A DNA stretch of 64,000 nt from an uncultured Bacteroidota bacterium (GTDB taxonomy: Bacteria > Bacteroidota > Bacteroidia > Chitinophagales > Chitinophagaceae). The position numbers were made by a program, and so were the translations under genes. Under the pieces are notes generated by a model. The model did no database searches, was not told where the DNA came from, and saw only the letters and a program-made list of their open reading frames with translations. Numbering within the stretch: the stretch's first letter is position 1; the number at the start of each line of letters is the position of its first letter. Positions 19,980 to 29,552 of this stretch are shown here, piece by piece. Location of the stretch: assembly GCA_963823125.1 (NCBI GenBank), contig CAWGKD010000022.1:13416-77415 (forward strand), given 5' to 3'.

Positions 19980-20398
19980 GATTCTAATATTGTTACGTTA
20001 TCAATTAAAACATTCAAACCGCATTTTTCTAACCATTGTATTGCCCTTGTATTATAATCAAATAAAATACACTTAAAGTTATTGCCAATCTGTTGTTTTA
20101 TTAATTCAAAAAACTCTTTTAAATTTTTTTCATTTCTGTACTGTTTATTTAAACCAAAACTTATCAGTAATTCAGGTGAAAAAACAAAATAACCTACCTT
20201 CTCTTTTCCATCTAAAATTCCAATAATCGTTTTTGGTTCAGGTAAAAAAAATATTTTTTCTTGCACATTATCACAAACATCATTTATTGTTTTTACCTTA
20301 TATTTTTTATCATAACATTTCAGTATTTCGTAATCATCTTCAAAAGCATTATCTAAATATTCTCTTAATTCATCTGTATTTATTTCAATGACATTCAT
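19958..20398 (-). CDS. GNAT-family N-acetyltransferase-like protein (146 aa)
   Basis: C-terminal ...FKCILFDYNTRAIQWLEKCGLNV resembles the GNAT motif (N.rAi.lYek.GF). Only one motif was seen, so confidence is moderate. Confidence 0.45.
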   Translation of the reverse strand: MNVIEINTDELREYLDNAFEDDYEILKCYDKKYKVKTINDVCDNVQEKIFFLPEPKTIIGILDGKEKVGYFVFSPELLISFGLNKQYRNEKNLKEFFELIKQQIGNNFKCILFDYNTRAIQWLEKCGLNVLIDNVTILESCQQQQL

Positions 20399-23041
20399 TT
20401 ATTTAGGTGTTATTGCGCTTTCTACCCACTTAGCCGAAATACTATTCAAAAATACGAAATTTGATGCGCTTTTTTTAGTAAGTCTTATCTTAATCCAACT
20501 TCCCTTTAAATAATCACCATTCAAAACACCTCCGATACTATTACTATCCCTAAGAAAACTTGCATTTTGTTTTCCTTCAAGTAATTTAAAATCCTGTGGT
20601 ATTAAATTGCTTTGTTGCGGTGTGCTTCCATAACTCATAAGTTCAGTTGTTATTTCATCACATTCCCATACATCACTTGCCGATTCTTCAAGTGTTTGCC
20701 ATGTTTTTTTATTAAGCGGTGAATCATTAAAAACACCTTCTATATAGGCATCATATTGTGTTCCATAAAAATTGCAATAAACTGGATTATTGTGTGTCCA
20801 TAACTGACCATTTTTAAAACTTACCAGTAATGTTCCTAAACTTTCCATTCCTTCAGGATAATATGGTGTTTTACATTCAAATCCTTCTGATTGATCTCTT
20901 GTTTCATTAAATATAATAGTAACTGGGTTTTGCTGAAAAATAACTTTTGTCGCTGCATCGGGTGAGCCTCCTAAATCTGTTTCTGCATTATTTGAATAAG
21001 TTGTTGTTGTATTATCATTTATCTGTGCAATCTGATTATATACTCCGCTTGTTCCAAGTGTCCTGTAAATCCTTCTCGCTGTTACTGTCGGGTCTGATGA
21101 TATTGGTATGGCAGTAAGATTAATTGTTCTATTTGACAAATCAGTTACTTGTGAATTACTCGGAAGGCTAACAGGAGATTCCTGCCCAAGTCCATTAACA
21201 AAAGTTATTTCATAGCTGTAAGTATTCCCAACTGTAAGCAATCCTCCTGCTGCTAATGTTGCTATGGGTGCAGTTGTTGGCGCAACAATAACATAATTAT
21301 ATCTTGTTATGTTTTCAAATGCTATGATGTATTTATTGGTGAAAAAATCAAAACATCCGTAAACGGTAGGATCGCCTGTATAAACTCCCCCTTGCGGTGG
21401 AATGCCGGTATTTAATGTTTTTGCATAAGCCTTTAATTGATTAACAAAAAAAGAATTGCACTCATAGAGTACGGATAGTTCAGTCATACCATCCTGACTT
21501 AACCGTACACAAACTCCTTTATATGGGTCAATAAAATATTTTGCGTATCCATGATAAGCGAAACATTCAGGTATATCACCTATCCCGTATTTACCTTTAT
21601 AAGGATACATTATTTTATTAAGAAGCGTAGTACTATTGGCTTGTAATGGATTGCCTTCGGTGTCCTGAATAATCTGCATATATACAGGCACAATACCTAC
21701 CTCAAATTTGTGAAATACATACAGATAATTACCTTCAATAAATAATTTTCTTACGTCCCCGTTATCTCTTGGATATTCGTCAAAATCTGTTGGAAAGAAA
21801 ATATTCGTCTGATTGACATTTGTATCTTGCTGATATGCGCCACCAAATCGTATAAGGGTTGGGAAATAAGTTTGCTTTGCATTGGGATCAATAACAAATG
21901 GTCTTCCTATTCCCTGAACCTGAGATGGATAAAGATCAGAAACAGATTGATCCATTATCCATGTAGGAGATGCTAAAAATGTTGTAGGAACGCTATTAGT
22001 AACTGAATAGGTTCTTGTCCTTATATAATAATCTCCCCTTACGAAATTATAAATAGCTGGCTGAGTTCCAAAAATCTGATCTTGCGTCATACCACCATGC
22101 GCCCTGTTTGCTGTGCCTGCATTAAGTACCGGATAGTTTTCTCCAAACTCAAAAAATATCTGTTGTGTAGAATTTGTGTTTGGCGCAGGTGTATAAATTT
22201 CTATATAATAATTATCAAAACCAGTTGTATTAAAATTTACAAGTGATGAATCATAGGGTATTTTTATAAATGTATTGGCTGAATAAGCAATACCATTAAT
22301 AGTTGGATTTACCAGTAATGATACAATCGGGAAATCAAGTGTTTTACCACTACCGCTATTAATAACTGTTCCGGCACTGCCCAAAACATAAAGTCCAAGT
22401 ATTCTCACTCTGTCACCATCTAAAAATTCATAAGCAGAAAAATTACTTGTATTATTTTGCAGGGATGTAATTTCAAGATAAGCATAAGCAAGTGTACTAT
22501 CTTTTTTTGTTGTATCGGATATGCAATCTATCGAACTAAGAAAAGTAAGATTAGTGCTTCTTGCCCATGAAAATTTAGTTGCCCAGATTGGAGGTTGATG
22601 AAAAATATTAAATGTGATCTGTGGAATTTTCATTTCTGTTCCCCCTGTGGTATCTTGTTCTGGCATTAAAAGTGCCATTGAAGATGCTTCATACTGAGAA
22701 CCATCCGTAACTCCAAAATCATCAAAATAATTAAGTACAAAGCTATATCTTGCTTTATGTTTATAACCTCCAATATCTACATCTGAAACTGATGGAGATG
22801 ATGATACGATAGTTACGGTCAGATTAATTGTTTGAATAATTAAATTATTTACTGTTATACCTATTGTATTTAATGGGATAGTATTATCTGGATCGTTATC
22901 TGTACTTGTATAAGCATTAAATCCAACTGCATTTGTTCTTATATCATTTCTGAAAAAGTTTACCATATCCTGGATAGTATCTGTCCCATTCCATGAATAA
23001 AATGAACTATAAGTATATACTGTACCAAATGTATAGCTCAT
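20399..23041 (-). CDS. Large tail/baseplate-like protein (880 aa), possibly the C-terminal part of one gene with 23124..24245
   Basis: Long ORF. Its frame stays open upstream across the whole 82-nt gap and 60 nt into the preceding ORF. Confidence 0.7.
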   Translation of the reverse strand: MSYTFGTVYTYSSFYSWNGTDTIQDMVNFFRNDIRTNAVGFNAYTSTDNDPDNTIPLNTIGITVNNLIIQTINLTVTIVSSSPSVSDVDIGGYKHKARYSFVLNYFDDFGVTDGSQYEASSMALLMPEQDTTGGTEMKIPQITFNIFHQPPIWATKFSWARSTNLTFLSSIDCISDTTKKDSTLAYAYLEITSLQNNTSNFSAYEFLDGDRVRILGLYVLGSAGTVINSGSGKTLDFPIVSLLVNPTINGIAYSANTFIKIPYDSSLVNFNTTGFDNYYIEIYTPAPNTNSTQQIFFEFGENYPVLNAGTANRAHGGMTQDQIFGTQPAIYNFVRGDYYIRTRTYSVTNSVPTTFLASPTWIMDQSVSDLYPSQVQGIGRPFVIDPNAKQTYFPTLIRFGGAYQQDTNVNQTNIFFPTDFDEYPRDNGDVRKLFIEGNYLYVFHKFEVGIVPVYMQIIQDTEGNPLQANSTTLLNKIMYPYKGKYGIGDIPECFAYHGYAKYFIDPYKGVCVRLSQDGMTELSVLYECNSFFVNQLKAYAKTLNTGIPPQGGVYTGDPTVYGCFDFFTNKYIIAFENITRYNYVIVAPTTAPIATLAAGGLLTVGNTYSYEITFVNGLGQESPVSLPSNSQVTDLSNRTINLTAIPISSDPTVTARRIYRTLGTSGVYNQIAQINDNTTTTYSNNAETDLGGSPDAATKVIFQQNPVTIIFNETRDQSEGFECKTPYYPEGMESLGTLLVSFKNGQLWTHNNPVYCNFYGTQYDAYIEGVFNDSPLNKKTWQTLEESASDVWECDEITTELMSYGSTPQQSNLIPQDFKLLEGKQNASFLRDSNSIGGVLNGDYLKGSWIKIRLTKKSASNFVFLNSISAKWVESAITPK

Positions 23042-23123
23042 TAATAGCGTAACATTATTAAGTAATGATATATTTCCTGTAAATAAAACCTGCGAACCAT
23101 GATATTGATGCGGTAATGGGTCT

Positions 23124-24245
23124 TCAAATTTCCATCCAAATACATTTATTAAATAAGACAGTGATATGGCATTTGAATTTGCAATAAGAGCAATCAGAAG
23201 ATGTTACATCCAGTGTTTCTCCAAAATCATAATCTTCTGTTTCTGCTGCATAAACAAGTATATTACCATTAGGTAATGCTTGTGTATATGCACTCTTTGG
23301 AACATAAGAAAAAAGTAAAATACTTTGCTGAATATCTGTGTAAGGGTAACTGCTGTCATTAAAAAACTGATAAGTATAAAATGAATTGGATGAAATAGCT
23401 AAATCTGCTTTTATAAGTGTGGCAATCAAAAAGAAATCTGAAAAAGTTGTAACAATACTTTGTTCTGCTGCAATTTCAATCTGAGTACAATCTGCATTAC
23501 CTGTTTGAACAGTAATATCAATCCTGTTATTTTTGGTAGGGTCTATGTTTACCGATATGTCGTCTGGATTGGGTGGCGAAAACAATTTACTGAGTGGCGA
23601 CCAGCAACTTTTTGTAAAATCTTTATAAACATACCTGTATTTAATAAGGTATAACTTATTTTTCAGATTATTTACAATAATAGTACCATCACTTTGATAG
23701 GTACATAAGGGAGCAATAAGCCCCATTGGTCTGTTTACCGTTAGATACTCTAATATCCAATTACTGCCATATAATTGATTAATAGCATCCTGAACATTCA
23801 ATACCATTGGATAGTTTAATCCATCTGACCAGAAAAGTAAATCACCCTCATCCCTGTAAATAATATCAATATGATTTATTCTGTATGATGGATTAAAAGT
23901 TAAAATGTCAATGTTATTTGAATCTGTAATACTTGCTAAAAGTTTATTTATTGTGTTAGAACCATTATCGTAATAAAGAATAAGATGATACCCATTACTG
24001 TTCCATATCATAAAATAGATACGATTTCTGATTGGGTCTGCTTTACTCCCTATTCTTTTATTTGTACCTGCCGGAAGTGTATAAGATACAAGTTGATTGC
24101 CGACAATATTTGATACTACTTTCTGTTGTCCAGAACCTTGCGCACTCCGGGTAATATTTAATCCATCGCTAAAATCTCCGGGCTGTATCCGGAATGGATT
24201 TGCGTCTAAATTTAATTTACCATCAAATATTCTATTTGACAACAT
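23124..24245 (-). CDS. Tail/baseplate-like protein (373 aa), possibly the N-terminal part of a fused gene
   Basis: Track ORF. The last ~25 aa (SSDCSYCKFKCHITVLFNKCIWMEI) look out-of-frame compared with the rest. Confidence 0.65.
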   Translation of the reverse strand: MLSNRIFDGKLNLDANPFRIQPGDFSDGLNITRSAQGSGQQKVVSNIVGNQLVSYTLPAGTNKRIGSKADPIRNRIYFMIWNSNGYHLILYYDNGSNTINKLLASITDSNNIDILTFNPSYRINHIDIIYRDEGDLLFWSDGLNYPMVLNVQDAINQLYGSNWILEYLTVNRPMGLIAPLCTYQSDGTIIVNNLKNKLYLIKYRYVYKDFTKSCWSPLSKLFSPPNPDDISVNIDPTKNNRIDITVQTGNADCTQIEIAAEQSIVTTFSDFFLIATLIKADLAISSNSFYTYQFFNDSSYPYTDIQQSILLFSYVPKSAYTQALPNGNILVYAAETEDYDFGETLDVTSSDCSYCKFKCHITVLFNKCIWMEI

Positions 24246-24438
24246 TTGGGTCTGGCGTTTTATTTTGCTCTTTCGTTAATTCTATATACTTTACTTTATC
24301 AAATTTGTTACTATCATTTAACCCTAATTCAGTAGCACAACTATCACAAACAGTTATCCTGATACCACTTCCTTTTTGGAAATAAGAAGTAAGTTCATCT
24401 ACTCTTTTACCACACCTGCAAGAAACTTTATTATCCAT
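24232..24438 (-). CDS. Small zinc-ribbon protein (68 aa)
   Basis: CRCGKR...CDSC, two Cys pairs. Confidence 0.5.
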   Translation of the reverse strand: MDNKVSCRCGKRVDELTSYFQKGSGIRITVCDSCATELGLNDSNKFDKVKYIELTKEQNKTPDPNVVK

Positions 24439-24440
24439 AT

Positions 24441-24707
24441 TTACATCATTCCTCCTGTTTCTATTGCTTCAATTTTATCAATAATAGTATAAGGTTGCCC
24501 ACCATAAATTAATCTATATAAAACATCGGGATTATAAAACATTACCGATTGGCCTACTAATACACTTGGAATACCTCCTAAAAGAACCTGATCTACTATA
24601 CCAAACAAAAGATTGGTATTATCTGGCACAACTCCTGAAATTCCATTCAAATTTCCAGCTCCATATATAGAAATATATCCGGGTGGCAATATAATAGGCA
24701 GGCTCAT
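24441..24707 (-). CDS. Hypothetical protein (88 aa)
   Basis: Track ORF, 2-nt gaps on both sides. Confidence 0.55.
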   Translation of the reverse strand: MSLPIILPPGYISIYGAGNLNGISGVVPDNTNLLFGIVDQVLLGGIPSVLVGQSVMFYNPDVLYRLIYGGQPYTIIDKIEAIETGGMM

Positions 24708-24708
24708 T

Positions 24709-25476
24709 TTATCCTCTTATTGTTGGTCTTGTAAATTCCTGTGAACTTTGGTATGCCTCATCAATTTTAAACGGTGAATATTGTCTCATGGCATTTCTTC
24801 TGGCATTACTGAAATCTTCTTTTAAATCTCTGTTTATACCGACTGCACCACGTTTTACATTCATCGCTTTTTTATCTTTCCACCATATCCATGCTATTAA
24901 TGCTTCACGAAAAAATAATGGTAAATAATACTCCTGATCTTCCTGCGGACTTACAAGACACTCAACCATTAAATAAGAAAATTCAAAATCTTCATTTAAT
25001 AATAAAATACCATTTACGTTATCATATTTATAACCACCAACAAAAGGCGCACCGCTTGGTAGTCCAAATAAATCCGTATAAGTTCCATTTGCCCAATAGT
25101 TATACCACCAGCCACCGTTAGCAGGTAACTCCCAATTAAAAATAGTATTGTCCTGTGTTCTGGCTAAACGGTCAGGAAATAAATCAGCATAAGTGGTTAA
25201 TTTATTATTATAATAAAGTGGTATTACTTCTCCTTTACCATTTAAAATACCTGCTTTAATAACATTTAAGCAATTACTTGGTAATTGAACGGTGAAGGTT
25301 GCGCTAACAGGGAGTTTTACAGTTTGTATCTGATAAAAAAAATCAATACCCATATTTTCAAATCCACGAAAAGCAATATCAAATACTTTCTTGTATCTAT
25401 GAATTGATTGTTCACTTTCACCGAGATAATCGTTAATTACCGAATCAAGACTTATCATTGCCATGTGCTGACCCAT
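24709..25476 (-). CDS. Hypothetical head/neck-module protein (255 aa)
   Basis: Track ORF, tightly packed. Confidence 0.6.
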   Translation of the reverse strand: MGQHMAMISLDSVINDYLGESEQSIHRYKKVFDIAFRGFENMGIDFFYQIQTVKLPVSATFTVQLPSNCLNVIKAGILNGKGEVIPLYYNNKLTTYADLFPDRLARTQDNTIFNWELPANGGWWYNYWANGTYTDLFGLPSGAPFVGGYKYDNVNGILLLNEDFEFSYLMVECLVSPQEDQEYYLPLFFREALIAWIWWKDKKAMNVKRGAVGINRDLKEDFSNARRNAMRQYSPFKIDEAYQSSQEFTRPTIRG

Positions 25477-25480
25477 AATA

Positions 25481-25744
25481 TTATTCCAGTGCTATAATAG
25501 CTTTATCTTCCATTAAATAATATTTTTCTCCGTTTTCTTCAATTAATCTACCCCATTGATGAACACGAAAGCCAATAGTATTTTCTTTTAGTTTCATAGG
25601 ACGGATTTTTGTTCCTTGACCAACTGATACTATTAATCCTTTATCAGATTCTCCTACTATACTATCTGGTACAATTATTCCATGTTCTGAAGTAGCATCT
25701 CCTTTGAATGGTTTAAATAATATATTATTACCGTATGGTTTCAT
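25481..25744 (-). CDS. GroES-like co-chaperonin
   Basis: MKPYGNNILFKPFKGDATSEHGIIVPDSIVGESDKGLIVSVGQGTK...YYLMEDKAIIALE follows the Cpn10 pattern (lkPlgdrvlvk..e.e.kt.gGIvlP......kG.VvavG.G). Start moved to the ATG at 25744, just after the upstream stop at 25746-25748. Confidence 0.65.
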   Translation of the reverse strand: MKPYGNNILFKPFKGDATSEHGIIVPDSIVGESDKGLIVSVGQGTKIRPMKLKENTIGFRVHQWGRLIEENGEKYYLMEDKAIIALE

Positions 25745-25745
25745 T

Positions 25746-26381
25746 TTATGTTGTTTTAATTTCATCTGTATTTCCTTCTTCAGCAACAACAGGTTGCATC
25801 CTTTGAAATCCTAATTGTGATTTAATATATTCTACAATAATTGGCGAATAATCATCAGGTATATTTATTGTACTTGATAAATCTGTGCTATCACCACCTG
25901 AAACCATTGTTACACTTGCCGTATATTGATTTAATAAAATAGTAGATATTGCATATAGATAAATTCCCTCTGAATAATAAAGAAGTTTATTTGGAATACG
26001 CCTCATTGAAGTCGTATATCCCCTTTCATTTGTTGATAATGGAATGCAATCCAAACTTATTTTGTTATCACTGCTTTTAAATTTCAGGCTTGCTACCCCT
26101 TCATCTTTGCCTATCCCAACTGGTATTTGTGGAAGTGTTATTTTCCATAAAAAGTTTTCATCTTGTGTTACTGCCAGTCCTTTGAAAGTTGTATAAAACC
26201 CATTATTCACATACGCTATGGCTTCTATTTGTGCTGATTCTTTATAACATTGTTTCGCTGCGATGGCGCAAGCATCTTCTAACCATAAATTTATAAGACT
26301 AAATGTAATAGTTGATTCATCGGGTATGTAACCGCCGTAAATTTGTCGCAATGTTTGTTCCAGAAATGTTTGTCTTGTCAT
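25746..26381 (-). CDS. Hypothetical head/neck-module protein (211 aa)
   Basis: Track ORF, overlaps its neighbour by 4 nt. Confidence 0.6.
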   Translation of the reverse strand: MTRQTFLEQTLRQIYGGYIPDESTITFSLINLWLEDACAIAAKQCYKESAQIEAIAYVNNGFYTTFKGLAVTQDENFLWKITLPQIPVGIGKDEGVASLKFKSSDNKISLDCIPLSTNERGYTTSMRRIPNKLLYYSEGIYLYAISTILLNQYTASVTMVSGGDSTDLSSTINIPDDYSPIIVEYIKSQLGFQRMQPVVAEEGNTDEIKTT

Positions 26382-27049
26382 TGTCCTCTTTGTTTTATTT
26401 CTTCTGCATATTGAGCCACTTCTGCTGACTGAAGGTTTACACCAACAAGTCTTAATGCTCTTGCGATAATTTCAAATAAAGCCAAATCATCCCATACGGG
26501 TTGTGTACTTTTTGCCGGATTATAAACGGGTCTGCCATTAATATCTGTATCATAACCCCAAACCATATCGGGAGGGGTACGCACATAATTTAATTTTGCA
26601 TTGGCTATACTATTAGGGAAAAATCTGAAATTTTCATATTCCAATAAATAAATTGGGTTAGTAGCAATCGGGTCAATCACACTTCCATAAACAAAAGAAA
26701 AATTATGCTGGTCAATATACCTTATTCTTTTATACCCATAGATGCTCCACATAGCATCTGTTTGAAGATAATCACCAGGATAAGGAGAAAATCCGGTAGT
26801 ATCAATGTTAAGATTATAGCCATAAATAATTGGCGTTAAACGTTGACGAACTACCGAATTTTGTCCAAGTTCAACCCTTGCTATTGGCCTGCCTGGAGTA
26901 TAATCCTGCATGATGCCAAGCAAATAAGCTGCATAACTTCGCTGACCCTGATTAATGGTTGTTTGGAAATCATCTGGTGAATAATAACCTCCGGTCACAT
27001 TTTTACCGATAATATACTGACCCAAAAGATATACTTCATTTACATCCAA
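26378..27049 (-). CDS. Hypothetical head/neck-module protein (223 aa)
   Basis: Track ORF. Confidence 0.6.
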   Translation of the reverse strand: MDVNEVYLLGQYIIGKNVTGGYYSPDDFQTTINQGQRSYAAYLLGIMQDYTPGRPIARVELGQNSVVRQRLTPIIYGYNLNIDTTGFSPYPGDYLQTDAMWSIYGYKRIRYIDQHNFSFVYGSVIDPIATNPIYLLEYENFRFFPNSIANAKLNYVRTPPDMVWGYDTDINGRPVYNPAKSTQPVWDDLALFEIIARALRLVGVNLQSAEVAQYAEEIKQRGQ

Positions 27050-27060
27050 ACAAACCTCCT

Positions 27061-27978
27061 TTACTTTTTATTCGTTACTTGTTGTAATTGATCTAAAAAT
27101 CTTTTACCATCTTCAGAAGTAGAATTTAAAGCCAGTTCAACAAGATATTCATGTGTATTTCTTCCAACGGGTATTCTGGCTATAAAACCACCTGCACCCC
27201 ATGTTACATTTCCTGAATGACCACCTAAATCAATAAGATTTTCTGATATTGCTTTTCGTATCAGATACGATACTTCCACTTCTTTTGAGTTAAGTGATTT
27301 TTTAAACCTTGCAGGATTTCTTTTGGCTGCTATAATATATTCCTTTCTTATTCCTTCGTCTGTTTTTGGAATACCAAATTCATCAAATGCGGATATACCT
27401 AAATAATTAGCGTGTTTACGCATTGGTTCTACTTCAACTTTTGATGCTTCAATAGCCATTTCAATTTCCTGCATTTCTTTTTTCAGGGCTTCTTCCTGTT
27501 GCTTTCTTGGATTATACTCATAAAATTCATAACGGCTTCCTGTTTTTCTGTTAGGTGAACCAATGTTATGCCTTGTGAGTGATAAAAATTCCAACCCGGA
27601 TTTATCGGATTTCGGTATTCTCAAAATTCTTGCACCTCTTTGGAAAGTAAATGTTCGTTGATTGTTTTTAACATACTCAGGCGGTAAATCTTTCTGATCT
27701 TTCATCCAGATAGATTCTACTCCCGACAAACATCTTATTCTTTCTACTCCATTTGTTTTTGGATTAACCACATCATCCACCCCGTGAATATGAATACCTC
27801 CTTGTTTTGTATTATCTACTGGTTTAAAAATCACAAATTCTTCTTCTTTAAATTGATTATCATTAATAGCCCAATCCGTTACTTGTTGTACATCGGACGG
27901 ATAGCCATTATCTACTGGTTTTTCGCCATCTCTGGCAAAAGCTAAATCACCTGAAGTGATTGGTTTATCTACTGACAT
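27061..27978 (-). CDS. Hypothetical head-associated protein (305 aa from ATG 27978)
   Basis: The track ORF starts at a TTG inside the terminator hairpin. The first ATG (MSVDKPITSGD...) at 27978 is more plausible. Confidence 0.6.
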   Translation of the reverse strand: MSVDKPITSGDLAFARDGEKPVDNGYPSDVQQVTDWAINDNQFKEEEFVIFKPVDNTKQGGIHIHGVDDVVNPKTNGVERIRCLSGVESIWMKDQKDLPPEYVKNNQRTFTFQRGARILRIPKSDKSGLEFLSLTRHNIGSPNRKTGSRYEFYEYNPRKQQEEALKKEMQEIEMAIEASKVEVEPMRKHANYLGISAFDEFGIPKTDEGIRKEYIIAAKRNPARFKKSLNSKEVEVSYLIRKAISENLIDLGGHSGNVTWGAGGFIARIPVGRNTHEYLVELALNSTSEDGKRFLDQLQQVTNKK

Positions 27979-28064
27979 TTTATTTTGTTTTTTATAGTTA
28001 CAGTTTAAGGCCGTTATGCCTCCCAAAATATTCGGGATTGTTTTAAGATGTATTTTTAAAAATA

Positions 28065-28094
28065 GTACCTGCAACCATCTTTCGTTACAGGTAC
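28065..28094 (-). terminator. Intrinsic terminator after the putative capsid gene
   Basis: GTACCTG-N16-CAGGTAC 7-bp stem, followed on the minus strand by TATTTTTAAAAATA. Lies 14 nt after the stop at 28108. Confidence 0.6.
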
Positions 28095-28107
28095 TTATAA
28101 TAACATA

Positions 28108-29523
28108 CTAAAATCCTGCTCCAACCATGATAAATTGATTCCCGGCAACAAGACGTATGCCTGCATATTGTATCATGCTCACATAATCAATCATTGTACC
28201 GTCAGTTGGGTTTTTAGAACCACCACCATGTTGCCATACACGGATACCGTTTCCGGTTGTGCCTCCGCCTACGGGATTTTCTTTCATGATAGTTATGTTC
28301 TTGTAAACCTTAGATGAGTTTCTTGCATCTGGTACTTCGCCCATTGGACAAATGATACCAAAATACCTGAAATAATCCTGATCGGGTGTTTTACCTGTTG
28401 AAACTTCAGTGTTAAACAATCTTGCCTGCTTTTTTGCCCTGAACATATACTCATCAATTTTCATTGATTGTACTCCATAAGCAATAGCAGCTTCTTCTGA
28501 ATTTTCATTCTTACCCCAAACCCATGCACCAGCCGGATATTGCTGGAAAATGCCATCACTGAATGATTGTCTTTGGTAAATATCCATCATCCATAAATTG
28601 TCTTTGGCACATCCGTTAACATCCATGATACGGGTTATTTCGTGAAGTTTAGAAAAATCAATAGTTAAATATCCTACCTGTTCACCTTGAGCAAGTACAG
28701 AAGGAATAAATCCCTGAGTACCTACCGTTGTAGAAGAATTTAACCCGGTATTGGTTACAACATCACCTTTCATCAATTTGTTTTCACAGTTATTGATGTA
28801 GCGTTTATTTGTATAAACCAATCCTTTGTAGGTAAAATAGCTTGTACCTGCCTGACCTCCACCTGCTGGTTCACTGCCAGTTACTCCGCTATCATACCAT
28901 ACTTCTGTCATTTCTGCCCTGTCAGTAGCAGCCCATGTATCTCTCATTTCGGTAGTGGTATTGCTCATTGCCTGATCGAGTGGTATCAAAGGATTGATGT
29001 CGCTTGATGCTTCACCGGCATCCATCTGACCACCAAAAATCAAAATATCATTAGCAACAACACTTGCCGTTGTAGTAGCTTTTTTAGGGCGTGCTGTAAA
29101 CTGAAAAGCATACGCCGTAGTAACGGGTATTGTCAAAATTTCCCACTCAATGTTATCCTTTGCACCACGAAGTGTTTCACCAACCCTCAAAGGACTTTGT
29201 GTACCCGCATTGAAGTGGTCGCCTGCTGAAAGAGTTAAAGTTATTGTACTTCCAAGTGTAGATGTTTGAGTAGCACCTGTGATTGTAATTCCAGGCATTA
29301 ATTTACCCCTGTTTTGATACCAGTTGAAAAGACGATTGGTTGTAATTTCCATGCCTCCATAAGTGGACAACCAGGGAGTAAATAATTCATCTCCATAAAT
29401 TTCTGTAAATCGTTTGTAATACGATGGCTTTAATAATTGCAACTGCGATACCAATGCCCTTGTTGCGTTTGGCGCACTGATAACACCGGGTTGCAATATA
29501 TTCGCCGTAGGTATTCCTGCCAT
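28108..29523 (-). CDS. Putative major capsid protein (471 aa)
   Basis: Called on position and size only: directly downstream of the scaffold-like gene and followed by a strong terminator. No motif verified. Confidence 0.55.
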   Translation of the reverse strand: MAGIPTANILQPGVISAPNATRALVSQLQLLKPSYYKRFTEIYGDELFTPWLSTYGGMEITTNRLFNWYQNRGKLMPGITITGATQTSTLGSTITLTLSAGDHFNAGTQSPLRVGETLRGAKDNIEWEILTIPVTTAYAFQFTARPKKATTTASVVANDILIFGGQMDAGEASSDINPLIPLDQAMSNTTTEMRDTWAATDRAEMTEVWYDSGVTGSEPAGGGQAGTSYFTYKGLVYTNKRYINNCENKLMKGDVVTNTGLNSSTTVGTQGFIPSVLAQGEQVGYLTIDFSKLHEITRIMDVNGCAKDNLWMMDIYQRQSFSDGIFQQYPAGAWVWGKNENSEEAAIAYGVQSMKIDEYMFRAKKQARLFNTEVSTGKTPDQDYFRYFGIICPMGEVPDARNSSKVYKNITIMKENPVGGGTTGNGIRVWQHGGGSKNPTDGTMIDYVSMIQYAGIRLVAGNQFIMVGAGF

Positions 29524-29552
29524 AATTTTAAATTTTAATTGTTAAAAAAAAC

